This document shows, one piece after another, positions 51,176 to 60,230 of a stretch of 64,000 nt of DNA; within the stretch, counting starts at the first letter, position 1; every line of letters starts with the position of its first letter. The notes below the pieces were generated by a model, which worked only from the letters and a program-made list of their open reading frames with translations, searched no databases and was not told the DNA's origin. The DNA lies in assembly GCA_031553225.1 (NCBI GenBank), contig JAVBLU010000017.1:4375-68374 (forward strand). Direction: 5' to 3'. Made by a program: the position numbers and the translations under genes. Source of the DNA: Eubacteriales bacterium (GTDB lineage: Bacteria; Bacillota; Clostridia; Christensenellales; UBA1750).

Positions 51176-52438
51176 ATGAGTTTGTTCGTCGATACGGTGC
51201 AAATTCGCGTCAAGGCCGGCAACGGCGGCAACGGATGCGTGAATTTTCACCGCGAGATGTTCGTTATGAACGGCGGCCCGGACGGAGGGGACGGAGGGCG
51301 CGGCGGCGACGTGATCTTCGAGGTCGCAAAAAACATGCACACGTTGCTCGACTTCCGCTATCACACCAAGTTTCACGCGGGCAACGGCGAGGACGGCCGC
51401 CATAACAACCAATCCGGCGCGCGCGGCGCGGACGCGGTGATCAGTGTGCCGCCCGGCACGGTGGTGTACGGCCAGGACGGACGCGTGCTGCTCGACATGG
51501 GCGCGCAGGGCCGCCGGCTTCTGCTGCGCGGCGGCCGGGGCGGCTTTGGCAACCAGCACTTCGCCACGCCCACGCGCCAAACGCCCGCCTTTGCCAAGCC
51601 GGGCATGCAAACCGAGGAGGTCGTGCTGCGCCTTGAGCTGAAGACCATCGCCGACGTGGGGCTTGTGGGCTTCCCGAACGTGGGCAAGTCAACGCTTCTC
51701 TCCGTGGTGACGGCCGCCAAGCCCAAGATTGCCGACTATCACTTCACCACGCTGCTGCCCAACCTGGGCGTGGTGCGCATCCACGAGGACGGCTTCGTGC
51801 TGGCGGATATCCCCGGCCTCATCGAGGGCGCAAGCGCAGGGGCCGGGCTTGGCCACGCCTTTTTGCGGCATGTGGAGCGTACGCGGCTGCTCGTGCACGT
51901 TCTGGACATCTCCGGCTGCGAGGGGCGCGATCCGCTGTCCGACTACGACATCATCAACGAGGAACTGCGCCTTTACGGCGAGTTGCAAAACCGGCCGCAG
52001 ATCATTGCCGCCAACAAGACCGACCTGCCGGACGCGGAGGAAAACCTCGCCCGCTTGCGGGTTAAGCTTCCCGGCACACCCATCTATCCTATCAGCGCCG
52101 CCACCAGCCAGGGCCTGTCCCAGCTGATGAACGCCGTGTACGAAAAGCTGCAGACCCTGCCTCCTGCCAGCACCTTCCTTGAGGAGGACCTGCAGGACGA
52201 CGAGGAGGCGCAGGGCCCGCCCTTCGAGATCGACCGCGAGGACGACGGCGCCTTCCTGGTGCGCGGTCCGTCCGTCGCTCACCTCATACAAAGCGTCAAC
52301 TTTGGCAACGAGGATTCCCTGCAGTGGTTCCAGCGCACGCTTCGGCGCATGGGCGTTATCGACGCGCTGCGCGCCGCGGGCGCCAAGGAAGGCGACACCG
52401 TGCGCATCGCCGACGTTGCCTTTGACTTTATCGATTGA
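51176..52438 (+). CDS. obgE: GTPase Obg/CgtA
   Basis: Gly-rich GGPDGGDGGRGG, GFPNVGKST, YHFTTL, DIPG, NKTD, C-terminal OCT domain. Confidence 0.97.
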   Translation: MSLFVDTVQIRVKAGNGGNGCVNFHREMFVMNGGPDGGDGGRGGDVIFEVAKNMHTLLDFRYHTKFHAGNGEDGRHNNQSGARGADAVISVPPGTVVYGQDGRVLLDMGAQGRRLLLRGGRGGFGNQHFATPTRQTPAFAKPGMQTEEVVLRLELKTIADVGLVGFPNVGKSTLLSVVTAAKPKIADYHFTTLLPNLGVVRIHEDGFVLADIPGLIEGASAGAGLGHAFLRHVERTRLLVHVLDISGCEGRDPLSDYDIINEELRLYGELQNRPQIIAANKTDLPDAEENLARLRVKLPGTPIYPISAATSQGLSQLMNAVYEKLQTLPPASTFLEEDLQDDEEAQGPPFEIDREDDGAFLVRGPSVAHLIQSVNFGNEDSLQWFQRTLRRMGVIDALRAAGAKEGDTVRIADVAFDFID

Positions 52439-52472
52439 CAGGGAGCCGTGCTCCCCAACAGGAGGACATGCC

Positions 52473-52763
52473 ATGACGTCCAAACAGCGCGCGTATCTGC
52501 GCGCAATGGCCAACGATATGCAGCCCGTGCTCTACATCGGCAAGGAGGGCGTCACGGATGCCGTGGCCGACGAGCTGGAGGCGGTGTTGGAGAGCCGCGA
52601 GCTGGTGAAGGCCGCCCTTCAGCGCGGGGCGCCCGTTACGGCGCGGCAGGCGTGCGACGAGCTGTGCGCCCGCACAGCCGCTCAGCCTGTGCAGTGCATC
52701 GGCAGCAAGTTCGTGGTGTACCGGCCCTCGCGCGAGCGGCCGGCGAGCATCGTGCTGCCGTAG
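52473..52763 (+). CDS. yhbY: CRM-domain RNA-binding protein YhbY
   Basis: TSKQRAYLR, IGKEG, RELVK, QCIG.KFV.YR. Confidence 0.93.
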   Translation: MTSKQRAYLRAMANDMQPVLYIGKEGVTDAVADELEAVLESRELVKAALQRGAPVTARQACDELCARTAAQPVQCIGSKFVVYRPSRERPASIVLP

Positions 52764-52767
52764 CCGC

Positions 52768-53607
52768 TCAGGCGAAGGGATCGGGCTCCTTAGACGACCG
52801 CGCGCGTATGCGCGTGGCCACGCAAAGTGCGAAACACGCAAGGCCGGGAACGAGCGCGAAGGGCGCGCGCAGCGTAAGGTGCAGCAGCACAAGCGCCCCG
52901 CCGCACGCGGCGTACATGCGCGTGCGCGAAGGGTGCAGCGCCAGCGCGAAGGCCCGCCTCAGCCCGTTTCCGCCTTTGGCCGCTTTGGGCGGCGCGGGCA
53001 GAAGGCCCGCAACAAGCAGCATGGCCGAGGGGCTGAGCGCGCGCGCGGCCGGCCCCTCCAGCGCGCTTATGTAGTCGCACAGCGCCTGCGGAAGCGGTGC
53101 GCTGGGCGCGAGTACAAGCGCGTGCGCGCCCAAAGCGGCGGCCGCGCGGTGCAACGCGGCGATGCGCACGGCCGGCGGGGCCTCTGCGGCGGGCATGGGC
53201 AGGGCGGCCAGCGCGCACACCCGGGGCGAGGGCGCGTCCGCGGCGTCGCGCGTGAGCAGCGCCAAAGCGCCGTGCATGCGAACCAGGCGCAGCCGATGCA
53301 GCGCGCACACGTGCGGGGCGATCAGCCGGGCCGCCGCCCCAGCCGACAGGCCCGAAAGCGACGCCAAGGCCGCCATGCGGTGTTCCTCGCCCAGCGCCAC
53401 GCCCTCCCGCCGCGCAACACGCGCCGCGCGGGCGCGTGAGAGGGCGATGTACAGCGCCGTGGCCGCAGGGATGCCCGGTATGCACGCGCGCGGGAGCGAA
53501 AGCCCCGCCAGCATAAAGGCGGCAATGCACGCGGCCAACAACGCCGCGGCGCGCAAGAGGCCGTCGAAGGCGTTGGCGAGCGGCGTTCGCAAAACGGGAA
53601 CGGACAT
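52768..53607 (-). CDS. Ala-rich hypothetical membrane protein (2 N-terminal + 2 C-terminal TM)
   Basis: GGAGGTG RBS; fills the gap between yhbY and rbfA; hydrophobic termini. Confidence 0.55.
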   Translation of the reverse strand: MSVPVLRTPLANAFDGLLRAAALLAACIAAFMLAGLSLPRACIPGIPAATALYIALSRARAARVARREGVALGEEHRMAALASLSGLSAGAAARLIAPHVCALHRLRLVRMHGALALLTRDAADAPSPRVCALAALPMPAAEAPPAVRIAALHRAAAALGAHALVLAPSAPLPQALCDYISALEGPAARALSPSAMLLVAGLLPAPPKAAKGGNGLRRAFALALHPSRTRMYAACGGALVLLHLTLRAPFALVPGLACFALCVATRIRARSSKEPDPFA

Positions 53608-53767
53608 GGCGCTGCACCTCCAGAACCTGCACACATGAAAGGCCCGCGCCTTCATGCATACTACCTAATAGAGGATGGACGCGCGGGCGCGCGCGTATAC
53701 AGTCCGCCACGAACCAAACAGCGCCCGCCATGCGGGCGGCCGGTTGATCAAAAGCGAGGGATTTTTT

Positions 53768-54142
53768 ATGGCTAAATTTGAACGTGTCGACCGCCTGGGC
53801 GAGGAGATGCGCCGGGAGATCGACAGGATTATCCGCGAGGAGATCAAGGACCCGCGTGTGACGGGGCTGTACTCCGTCACGGCGCTGGAGACCACGCGCG
53901 AGCTGGCATCCGCTAAGGTGCGCGTAAGCGTGATGGCCGATCCGGAGGCGCAAAAGGCGCTCATCGAGGCGCTGAACCGCGCCAGCGGGTATGTACGGCG
54001 CGAACTGGGCCGCCGGCTGACCGTGCGCGCCGTGCCGGAGATTTCTTTTGTGCTGGACGAGGGCATCGCCTACGGCGTGAACCTGAGCAAGCGCATTGAC
54101 GACGTGGTGCGGCAGGACGAGGCCCGCCGCCAGGACCCGTGA
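53768..54142 (+). CDS. rbfA: Ribosome-binding factor A
   Basis: IKDPR, AKV.VS, ASGY.R, VPE..F..D. Confidence 0.93.
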   Translation: MAKFERVDRLGEEMRREIDRIIREEIKDPRVTGLYSVTALETTRELASAKVRVSVMADPEAQKALIEALNRASGYVRRELGRRLTVRAVPEISFVLDEGIAYGVNLSKRIDDVVRQDEARRQDP

Positions 54143-55092
54143 CGGCGGCGCTCGCGGCGCTGAGGCGCGCGGGATCGGTGGCGCTCATCGCGCACAAAGC
54201 GCCGGACGGCGACACGCTGGGCAGCGCGCTTGCATTGCGCCGGGCGCTTTTGGCGGCCGGGAAACAGGCGGACGCGTTCTCCTTTGATCCGGTGCCCGCC
54301 CTGTATGCCTTTATGCCGGACGCGGACAAGCTCCGCTTTCCGCAGGACGCCGCGCAGGAAGAGTTCGACCTGGCCGTGCTTGTGGACGTGGCGGACGTCG
54401 CCCGCACGGGAGCCGAGGGGCTGTGGTCGGGCGCGCGCGCGCGTCTGGTGATCGACCATCACCTCGTGCCAGAGCCCGAGGACGGGGAGAGCTACATCGA
54501 CGCAAGCGCCGCCGCCACGGGTGAGCTGGTGTATGAGCTTTCCTGTGCCCTGCACGCGCAGCCGGACGCCCTGGCCGCGGAGCAGCTGTTCGTGGCCCTG
54601 TCCACGGACACCGGGCACTTCTCGTTCAGCGCCGTCACGCAGGCCACCATGCGCATCGCAGGAGAGTTGGTGGCGCGCGGGGCGGACGTGGCCCAGATCA
54701 CCAAGCGCCTGTATCGCACGCGGGGGAAGCCGCGTACGCTGCTGCTTGGCAGAGGGCTGTCCACGCTGCGCTTCTACGAGGAGGACACCATCGCCACGAT
54801 CGCCCTGACGGGCGAGGACTTCAGCGCCTGCGGGGCCGTCCAAACGGATGCGGAGGGCCTTGTGAACTACGCCGCCGAGGTGGAGGGCGTGCAGGTGGCC
54901 GTCATTGCCCGCGACGCGCCGGGCGGCGCGCGCGTAAGCGTGCGCACAGCCGAGGGAGTAAACGCCCAGGCGATCTGCAGACTTTTCGGGGGCGGAGGGC
55001 ACCGTCAGGCGTCCGGCTGCACCATTGAGGGCACGGCGCAGGAGGCGCTTGCCCGCGTGGTGGAAGCCGTGCGCGGCGGCGCGGGGCGCTGA
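54139..55092 (+). CDS. nrnA: DHH/DHHA1 nanoRNase/pAp phosphatase
   Basis: H..PDGD.LGS, IDHH, TDTG.F, GGGGH..ASG. Confidence 0.88.
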   Translation: MTAALAALRRAGSVALIAHKAPDGDTLGSALALRRALLAAGKQADAFSFDPVPALYAFMPDADKLRFPQDAAQEEFDLAVLVDVADVARTGAEGLWSGARARLVIDHHLVPEPEDGESYIDASAAATGELVYELSCALHAQPDALAAEQLFVALSTDTGHFSFSAVTQATMRIAGELVARGADVAQITKRLYRTRGKPRTLLLGRGLSTLRFYEEDTIATIALTGEDFSACGAVQTDAEGLVNYAAEVEGVQVAVIARDAPGGARVSVRTAEGVNAQAICRLFGGGGHRQASGCTIEGTAQEALARVVEAVRGGAGR

Positions 55093-55988
55093 TGGACGGC
55101 ATTTTGAATCTGCTCAAGCCGCCGGGCATGACCTCCTCGGACGCGGTGGTGTGGGCGCGGCGGCAGCTGCAGCAAAAACGCATCGGCCACGCGGGCACGC
55201 TGGACCCGCAGGCCTCCGGCGTTTTGCCCCTGTGCGTTGGCCGCGCGGCGCGTCTGTTCGACCTGCTGACCGACAAGCAGAAGGTGTACCGCGCGCAGCT
55301 GTGCCTGGGCGTCACAACGGACACGCAGGACGCATGGGGCCGGCCGCTGCAGCGGCGCGACGCTGCGGGCGTGACGCTCGCGGACGTGCGCGGCGCCTGC
55401 CAAGGCTTTGTTGGCGACATTTTGCAAACGCCGCCCGCTTATTCGGCCGTGCGCGTGGACGGCAGGCGCCTGTACGAGTATGCCCGCTTGGGCCAAGCGA
55501 AGGACGCGCGCGCGCGACCGGTCCGCGTCGAGCGCATCGAGGCGCTGGAGGAACTGGAGGGCGGCTTCCTCCTGCGCGTTACCTGCGGGCGGGGCACGTA
55601 TATCCGCACGCTGTGCCACGATATCGGCGCGCACCTGGGCGTGGGCGGGCACATGGGGTTTTTGCTGCGCGAGCAGGCCGGTCCCTTCACGCTGCACACG
55701 GTGCGCACGGTGGAGGAGGTGCTCGCCTGCCCGCAGGAGGAGCGCCCGCGCCTTCTCGCCCCGCCGGACGCGGCGCTTGGGCATCTGGACGCGCTGCACG
55801 CACCCGCGTGCGCCGGGCGGCTTCTGCGCAACGGAAATCCGCTGCCGCGCGCCATGGTTCCCGAATCGCAGGAGGGCCTCTGCCGCTTGTACTATGAGGG
55901 GGCGCTGGTGGGCGTGGCGGTCGTGGAGGCGGACGCGGTGCGGCTGAGCATTAATCTGACCGGGCCGGAGGATGAGCTATGGAGCTGA
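55092..55988 (+). CDS. truB: tRNA pseudouridine-55 synthase
   Basis: KPPGMTS, GHAGTLDP, PP.YSA, GTYIRTL. Confidence 0.95.
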   Translation: MDGILNLLKPPGMTSSDAVVWARRQLQQKRIGHAGTLDPQASGVLPLCVGRAARLFDLLTDKQKVYRAQLCLGVTTDTQDAWGRPLQRRDAAGVTLADVRGACQGFVGDILQTPPAYSAVRVDGRRLYEYARLGQAKDARARPVRVERIEALEELEGGFLLRVTCGRGTYIRTLCHDIGAHLGVGGHMGFLLREQAGPFTLHTVRTVEEVLACPQEERPRLLAPPDAALGHLDALHAPACAGRLLRNGNPLPRAMVPESQEGLCRLYYEGALVGVAVVEADAVRLSINLTGPEDELWS

Positions 55989-56893
55989 CAGATACTCTGG
56001 GGGCGCTGCCCGTCGCCCCACGGGTAGTGGCGGCGGGCGTGTTTGACGGCGTGCACCTGGGGCACCGCGCACTCATCAAGACGGCCCTGTCTCTGGCTGC
56101 GTCGATGGGAGCGCGCTGCACGGTCCTCACGTTCCAGCGCCATCCGCTTTGCTGTCTGGCGCCGGACAAGGCACCGCCCTATCTGATGACCACCCGGCAG
56201 CGCGCGGATGCCATCGCCGCGTGCGGTCCGGACGAGTTGGTCATGCTCCCCTTCGACCAGACGCTCGCCCGGGAGAGCGCCGCGCACTTTCTGGCCCGTC
56301 TTCGGGCGCGCGGCCTTGCGGGCATGGCGATGGGCGAGAGCTTTACCTTTGGCGCAGAGGCGGAGGGTTCGCACGCCTGGCTTGTAAGGAATGCCCCGGA
56401 CCTGCCAGTGACCGTTCTACCCAAAGTGTGCGTACGGGGGCTCATGGTGTCCTCCACGGCCGTGCGCACGGCGGTTATGGCGGGGGATCTGCCCCTGGCG
56501 CGCCTGCTGCTGGGGGGGGAGGTTCCCGCGCTGACCGGCGCGGTTGCCCGCGGCGCGCAGCTGGGGCGGCGCATCGGTCTGCCTACGCTGAATCTGCCGG
56601 TTGACCCTCGGCGCGCGCTTCCTCCGCGCGGCGTGTACGACGCCTTTGTGGAGGCGAAGGGCCGCCGCGTGCCGGGCATTGCCTATCTGGGCGTAAAGCC
56701 AACCGTAGGCGGTGAGACGCTCGTGCTGGAGGCGCATGCCTTCGCCGATCCTCAGGCCGTGTACGGCGATGAAATCGCCGTAACGCTACGTCACTTTCTG
56801 CGCCCTGAGGCGCGCTTTGCGTCCCTTGAGGCCATGCGTGCTCAGATCGGGCGCGATATGGACGAGGCCCGCCGTCTGCAGGCGACGCCGTAG
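55979..56893 (+). CDS. ribF: Bifunctional riboflavin kinase/FAD synthetase
   Basis: FDGVHLGH, VSST.VR, G.PT.N, E.H, LRPE.RF. Confidence 0.92.
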   Translation: MELTDTLGALPVAPRVVAAGVFDGVHLGHRALIKTALSLAASMGARCTVLTFQRHPLCCLAPDKAPPYLMTTRQRADAIAACGPDELVMLPFDQTLARESAAHFLARLRARGLAGMAMGESFTFGAEAEGSHAWLVRNAPDLPVTVLPKVCVRGLMVSSTAVRTAVMAGDLPLARLLLGGEVPALTGAVARGAQLGRRIGLPTLNLPVDPRRALPPRGVYDAFVEAKGRRVPGIAYLGVKPTVGGETLVLEAHAFADPQAVYGDEIAVTLRHFLRPEARFASLEAMRAQIGRDMDEARRLQATP

Positions 56894-56915
56894 CCCCGCG
56901 CCCGCCCTGCGTGAA

Positions 56916-56944
56916 AGCGGCCCCGAAACGGGGCCGCCTTTTTA
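56916..56944 (+). terminator. Intrinsic terminator
   Basis: GCGGCCCCG-aaa-CGGGGCCGC followed by a T-run. Confidence 0.8.
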
Positions 56945-56957
56945 TGGAGGGGCAATG

Positions 56958-57365
56958 CTAGCATTTAACGATGCATACGCTCTGGACGTACAAACCCATC
57001 AGGGCGATATATAGCGCGGTAAAGACCAGGCCGCCTGCGACGACGGCGGCGCCGCCCATCGTTTCCAGGACGCTGGCAAGGGCCAAAATCGACAGGATGA
57101 TCAAAAAAAGAGATGCAAAAAGGGTTAGCGGCACATACTTGGCAAGGCAGCTGCGGTTGGTTCGGCTGACGACAAGCCACAAGGTGAGGACGGCGACAGC
57201 GATGCCGGCGAACGCGGTCACCACATACAGCGGGTGCGAACCGGCCACCAAGTCAAATAGGAAGAGCAGGGACGTGAGGATCCCCAGGAGGACGCCGATG
57301 AGGATGACGGCGTGCGCGCTGGGCATACGCTGCACGCAGCAGCTTTCCGCGGATTGGTTGCTCAT
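56958..57365 (-). CDS. Hypothetical 4-TM membrane protein
   Basis: AAGGAGGTG RBS, four hydrophobic helices. Confidence 0.75.
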   Translation of the reverse strand: MSNQSAESCCVQRMPSAHAVILIGVLLGILTSLLFLFDLVAGSHPLYVVTAFAGIAVAVLTLWLVVSRTNRSCLAKYVPLTLFASLFLIILSILALASVLETMGGAAVVAGGLVFTALYIALMGLYVQSVCIVKC

Positions 57366-57608
57366 GTAGTTCACCTCCTTTCAGTTCTAGTTTATGAAGA
57401 CAAGCGCGCGCGCGTGAGTGAAGGCCGCCCGTGGTTTCGGGTCCGCGAAGCTCGTTTTCCTACGCAGCATGGGTTTTTTTCGCAGGCGCGGACGGAAACT
57501 TCCGAAAAAGCCGCCGTTTTCTGTTCGCTGCGTCCGTTTGCATCGCATTTAGGGGTTTTTTCTTTGCTTCGAACGTGGTATACTCTGTTGGATAAGGGGG
57601 AGGACGGC

Positions 57609-58481
57609 ATGGTGGTCAGCATGACTGGATACGGGCGCGCGGGCATCCTGCGGGTGGGACGCGAGATGACCGTGGAGCTGAAATCCGTCAACCATCGTTT
57701 TTTGGACATCGCCTATCGCATGCCCCGCAACCTCTCCTATCTGGAGGACGTGGCGCGTAAAGCGCTGCAGGAGACGTTGCAGCGCGGCCACGTGGACGTG
57801 TACGTGAACTACCGCAACACCCGCGAAGACGCGCGGCAGGTGGTGCTGGACGAGAACCTGGCCGCGGCGTATGTAAAAGCCCTCGGCACCTTGCGCGGCC
57901 TGGGCCTTCAGGACGACATGGGCGCCTCGCTGTTGGCGCAGTTGCCCGGCGCATTGAACGTGGAACAGATCGAGGAGGACCGCGCCGCGGTCACCGAGCT
58001 TTTCCAGGAAGCGCTGCAAGCGGCGCTAACCGAGCTGCGCGGCATGCGCGGCCAGGAAGGCGGCCGTATCCGGGAGGATGTGCTGGGTAAGCTCTCCGAG
58101 CTTGCCGATCTGGTGGGCCGGATACAGACGCGCGCCCCGCAGGTGGCGCAGGAGCTCCTGAGCCGGCTGCGCGAGCGCATCGCCGAGCTGTTGTCCCGCG
58201 CGCCGGACGAAGCGCGCATCGTGCAGGAGGCCGCCATTTTGGCCGAACGCGCGGCCATCGACGAGGAGATCGTGCGCCTGCACGCCCATATCGCGGCCAT
58301 GCGCGCGCTGATGGAGGGGCCGGAGGCGGCGGGTAAAAAGCTGGACTTTCTCTCTCAGGAGCTCAACCGCGAGATGAACACGATCGGCTCCAAGGCCGGC
58401 GACCTCTCTTTGGTGCACGACGTGGTGCAGGGTAAATCGCTCATCGAAAAGGTGCGCGAACAGGTGCAGAACATCGAGTAG
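57609..58481 (+). CDS. yicC: YicC/YloC-family endoribonuclease
   Basis: SMTGYG, KSVNHR.LD, EE..RL..H, E.NRE.NTIGSK, REQ.QNIE. Confidence 0.93.
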   Translation: MVVSMTGYGRAGILRVGREMTVELKSVNHRFLDIAYRMPRNLSYLEDVARKALQETLQRGHVDVYVNYRNTREDARQVVLDENLAAAYVKALGTLRGLGLQDDMGASLLAQLPGALNVEQIEEDRAAVTELFQEALQAALTELRGMRGQEGGRIREDVLGKLSELADLVGRIQTRAPQVAQELLSRLRERIAELLSRAPDEARIVQEAAILAERAAIDEEIVRLHAHIAAMRALMEGPEAAGKKLDFLSQELNREMNTIGSKAGDLSLVHDVVQGKSLIEKVREQVQNIE

Positions 58482-58497
58482 CGGAAAGGATGGTCGC

Positions 58498-58767
58498 ATG
58501 TCGATCAAGTTCATCAACATAGGCTTTGGCAACATCGTGTCGGCGAACCGGCTCATCGCCATCGTCAGCCCGGATTCCGCCCCCATCAAACGGATTATCC
58601 AGGAGGCGCGCGAGCGGAATATGCTCATCGACGCCACCTACGGCCGGCGCACGCGCGCCGTGCTCATCACCGATTCCGACCACGTGGTGCTCTCGGCCGT
58701 ACAGCCTGAGACCGTGGCGAACCGCCTGGACAAGACCGACAATCTGAGCGAACCCGAGGAAGAATAG
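58498..58767 (+). CDS. remA: DUF370/RemA-family regulator
   Basis: [29 protein letters not shown]. Confidence 0.93.
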   Translation: MSIKFINIGFGNIVSANRLIAIVSPDSAPIKRIIQEARERNMLIDATYGRRTRAVLITDSDHVVLSAVQPETVANRLDKTDNLSEPEEE

Positions 58768-58778
58768 GAGCGATTGCC

Positions 58779-58994
58779 ATGTTGATCGACCCGCCCATCG
58801 CCGATCTCGCGTCCAAGGTGGACTGCCGCTATACCCTGGTCGTGCTCGCCGCCAAGCGCGCGCGCGATCTGGTGCAGGGCTCCCAGCCTATGGTGACCAC
58901 CCAGGAGAGCAAGCCCGTATCCATCGCCGTTCAGGAGATCATGGCCGACCGCATCGCCTACGACAGGGCGCGCTCGCTTTTGGAAGGCGAGTAG
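58779..58994 (+). CDS. rpoZ: RNA polymerase omega subunit
   Basis: P.I..L..KVD.RY.LV..AAKRAR, KPV..A..EI. Confidence 0.93.
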   Translation: MLIDPPIADLASKVDCRYTLVVLAAKRARDLVQGSQPMVTTQESKPVSIAVQEIMADRIAYDRARSLLEGE

Positions 58995-59027
58995 GCAAAG
59001 GCGGAGCACATACCGGGAGGTAAGCGC

Positions 59028-60230
59028 ATGCTGCAGGGAAAATGCGTGGTCGTCGGCGTGACGGGCGGCATCGCCGCGTACAAGGCGGCGGAGGTCGTCT
59101 CGCGCCTGAAGAAGCTGCGCGCGGACGTCGTGTGCATCATGACGGCCCACGCGCAGGAGTTTCTAGCGCCCCTAACGCTGCAGTCGCTCTGCGCAAATCC
59201 CGTGGTGACGGATATGTTCGCCGCGCCGCCGCGCTTTGACATCGAACACATCGCCCTTGCCCAGCGCGCCGACCTGTTCCTTGTCGCTCCGGCCTCGGCC
59301 AACGTCATCGCCAAGATGGCCGCGGGCCTGGCGGACGATATGCTCTCCACCACCCTGCTGGCCACAAAGGCTCCCGTGCTGATCGCTCCGGCCATGAACA
59401 CCGGCATGTGGACGCACGGGGCCACGAAGGCGAACATGGCCGTTTTGCGCGAGCGCGGCGTACACGTGGTCGGCCCGGACGCGGGCCTGCTTGCCTGCGG
59501 CGACGTGGGCGAGGGCCGCATGGCGCAGCCGCAGGCCATCGTGGAGGCCGCCTGCGCCTTGCTGTGCGGCGGGCGTGATCTGTCGGGCGTGCGCGTGCTC
59601 GTTACGGCCGGCCCCACCCGCGAGCCGCTGGACCCGGTGCGCTACCTGACGAACAAGTCGAGCGGCAAAATGGGCTTCGCCATCGCGCGCGCCGCTTGGG
59701 CGCGCGGCGCGGACGTGACGCTTGCGGCCGGCCCGACCGACACCGCCCCGCCTGAAGGGGTACGCGTGCTGCGCTTTACAACCACGCGCGAGCTGCTCGG
59801 GCTGATGCAGGATGCCGCCCCGGGGCAGGACATCGTGATTCAGGCCGCTGCGCCCGCCGATTTCCGCCCGGCCAGCGAGGCGGATCAGAAGATCAAAAAG
59901 ACGGGCGACCAGCCGCTTACCCTCACCCTGGTGCAAAACCCGGACGTGGCCGCGACGATCGGCCGGGGTAAAAGGCCCGGCCAAGTGTTTGTGGCTTTTG
60001 CCGCCGAAACGGGCGACGGCAGAGCCTCCGCGCGCGGCAAGCTCCTTAAGAAGAACGCCGATATGGTCGTGCTCAACGATGTGACCCGGCCGGGTGCGGG
60101 CTTTGACGTCGACACGAACATCGCCGTGCTCGTGACGGCGGACGGGGAAGATGAGCTGCCCCTCATGTCCAAGGACGCACTGGCCGACGTGATCTTAACG
60201 CGCGCCGCTGCGCTGCGTTCCCATGCCTGA
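59028..60230 (+). CDS. coaBC: Phosphopantothenoylcysteine decarboxylase/ligase
   Basis: GGIAAYK, PAMN..M, LACGD.G.GR, TAGPT.E..DPVRY.TN.SSGKMG. Confidence 0.96.
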   Translation: MLQGKCVVVGVTGGIAAYKAAEVVSRLKKLRADVVCIMTAHAQEFLAPLTLQSLCANPVVTDMFAAPPRFDIEHIALAQRADLFLVAPASANVIAKMAAGLADDMLSTTLLATKAPVLIAPAMNTGMWTHGATKANMAVLRERGVHVVGPDAGLLACGDVGEGRMAQPQAIVEAACALLCGGRDLSGVRVLVTAGPTREPLDPVRYLTNKSSGKMGFAIARAAWARGADVTLAAGPTDTAPPEGVRVLRFTTTRELLGLMQDAAPGQDIVIQAAAPADFRPASEADQKIKKTGDQPLTLTLVQNPDVAATIGRGKRPGQVFVAFAAETGDGRASARGKLLKKNADMVVLNDVTRPGAGFDVDTNIAVLVTADGEDELPLMSKDALADVILTRAAALRSHA

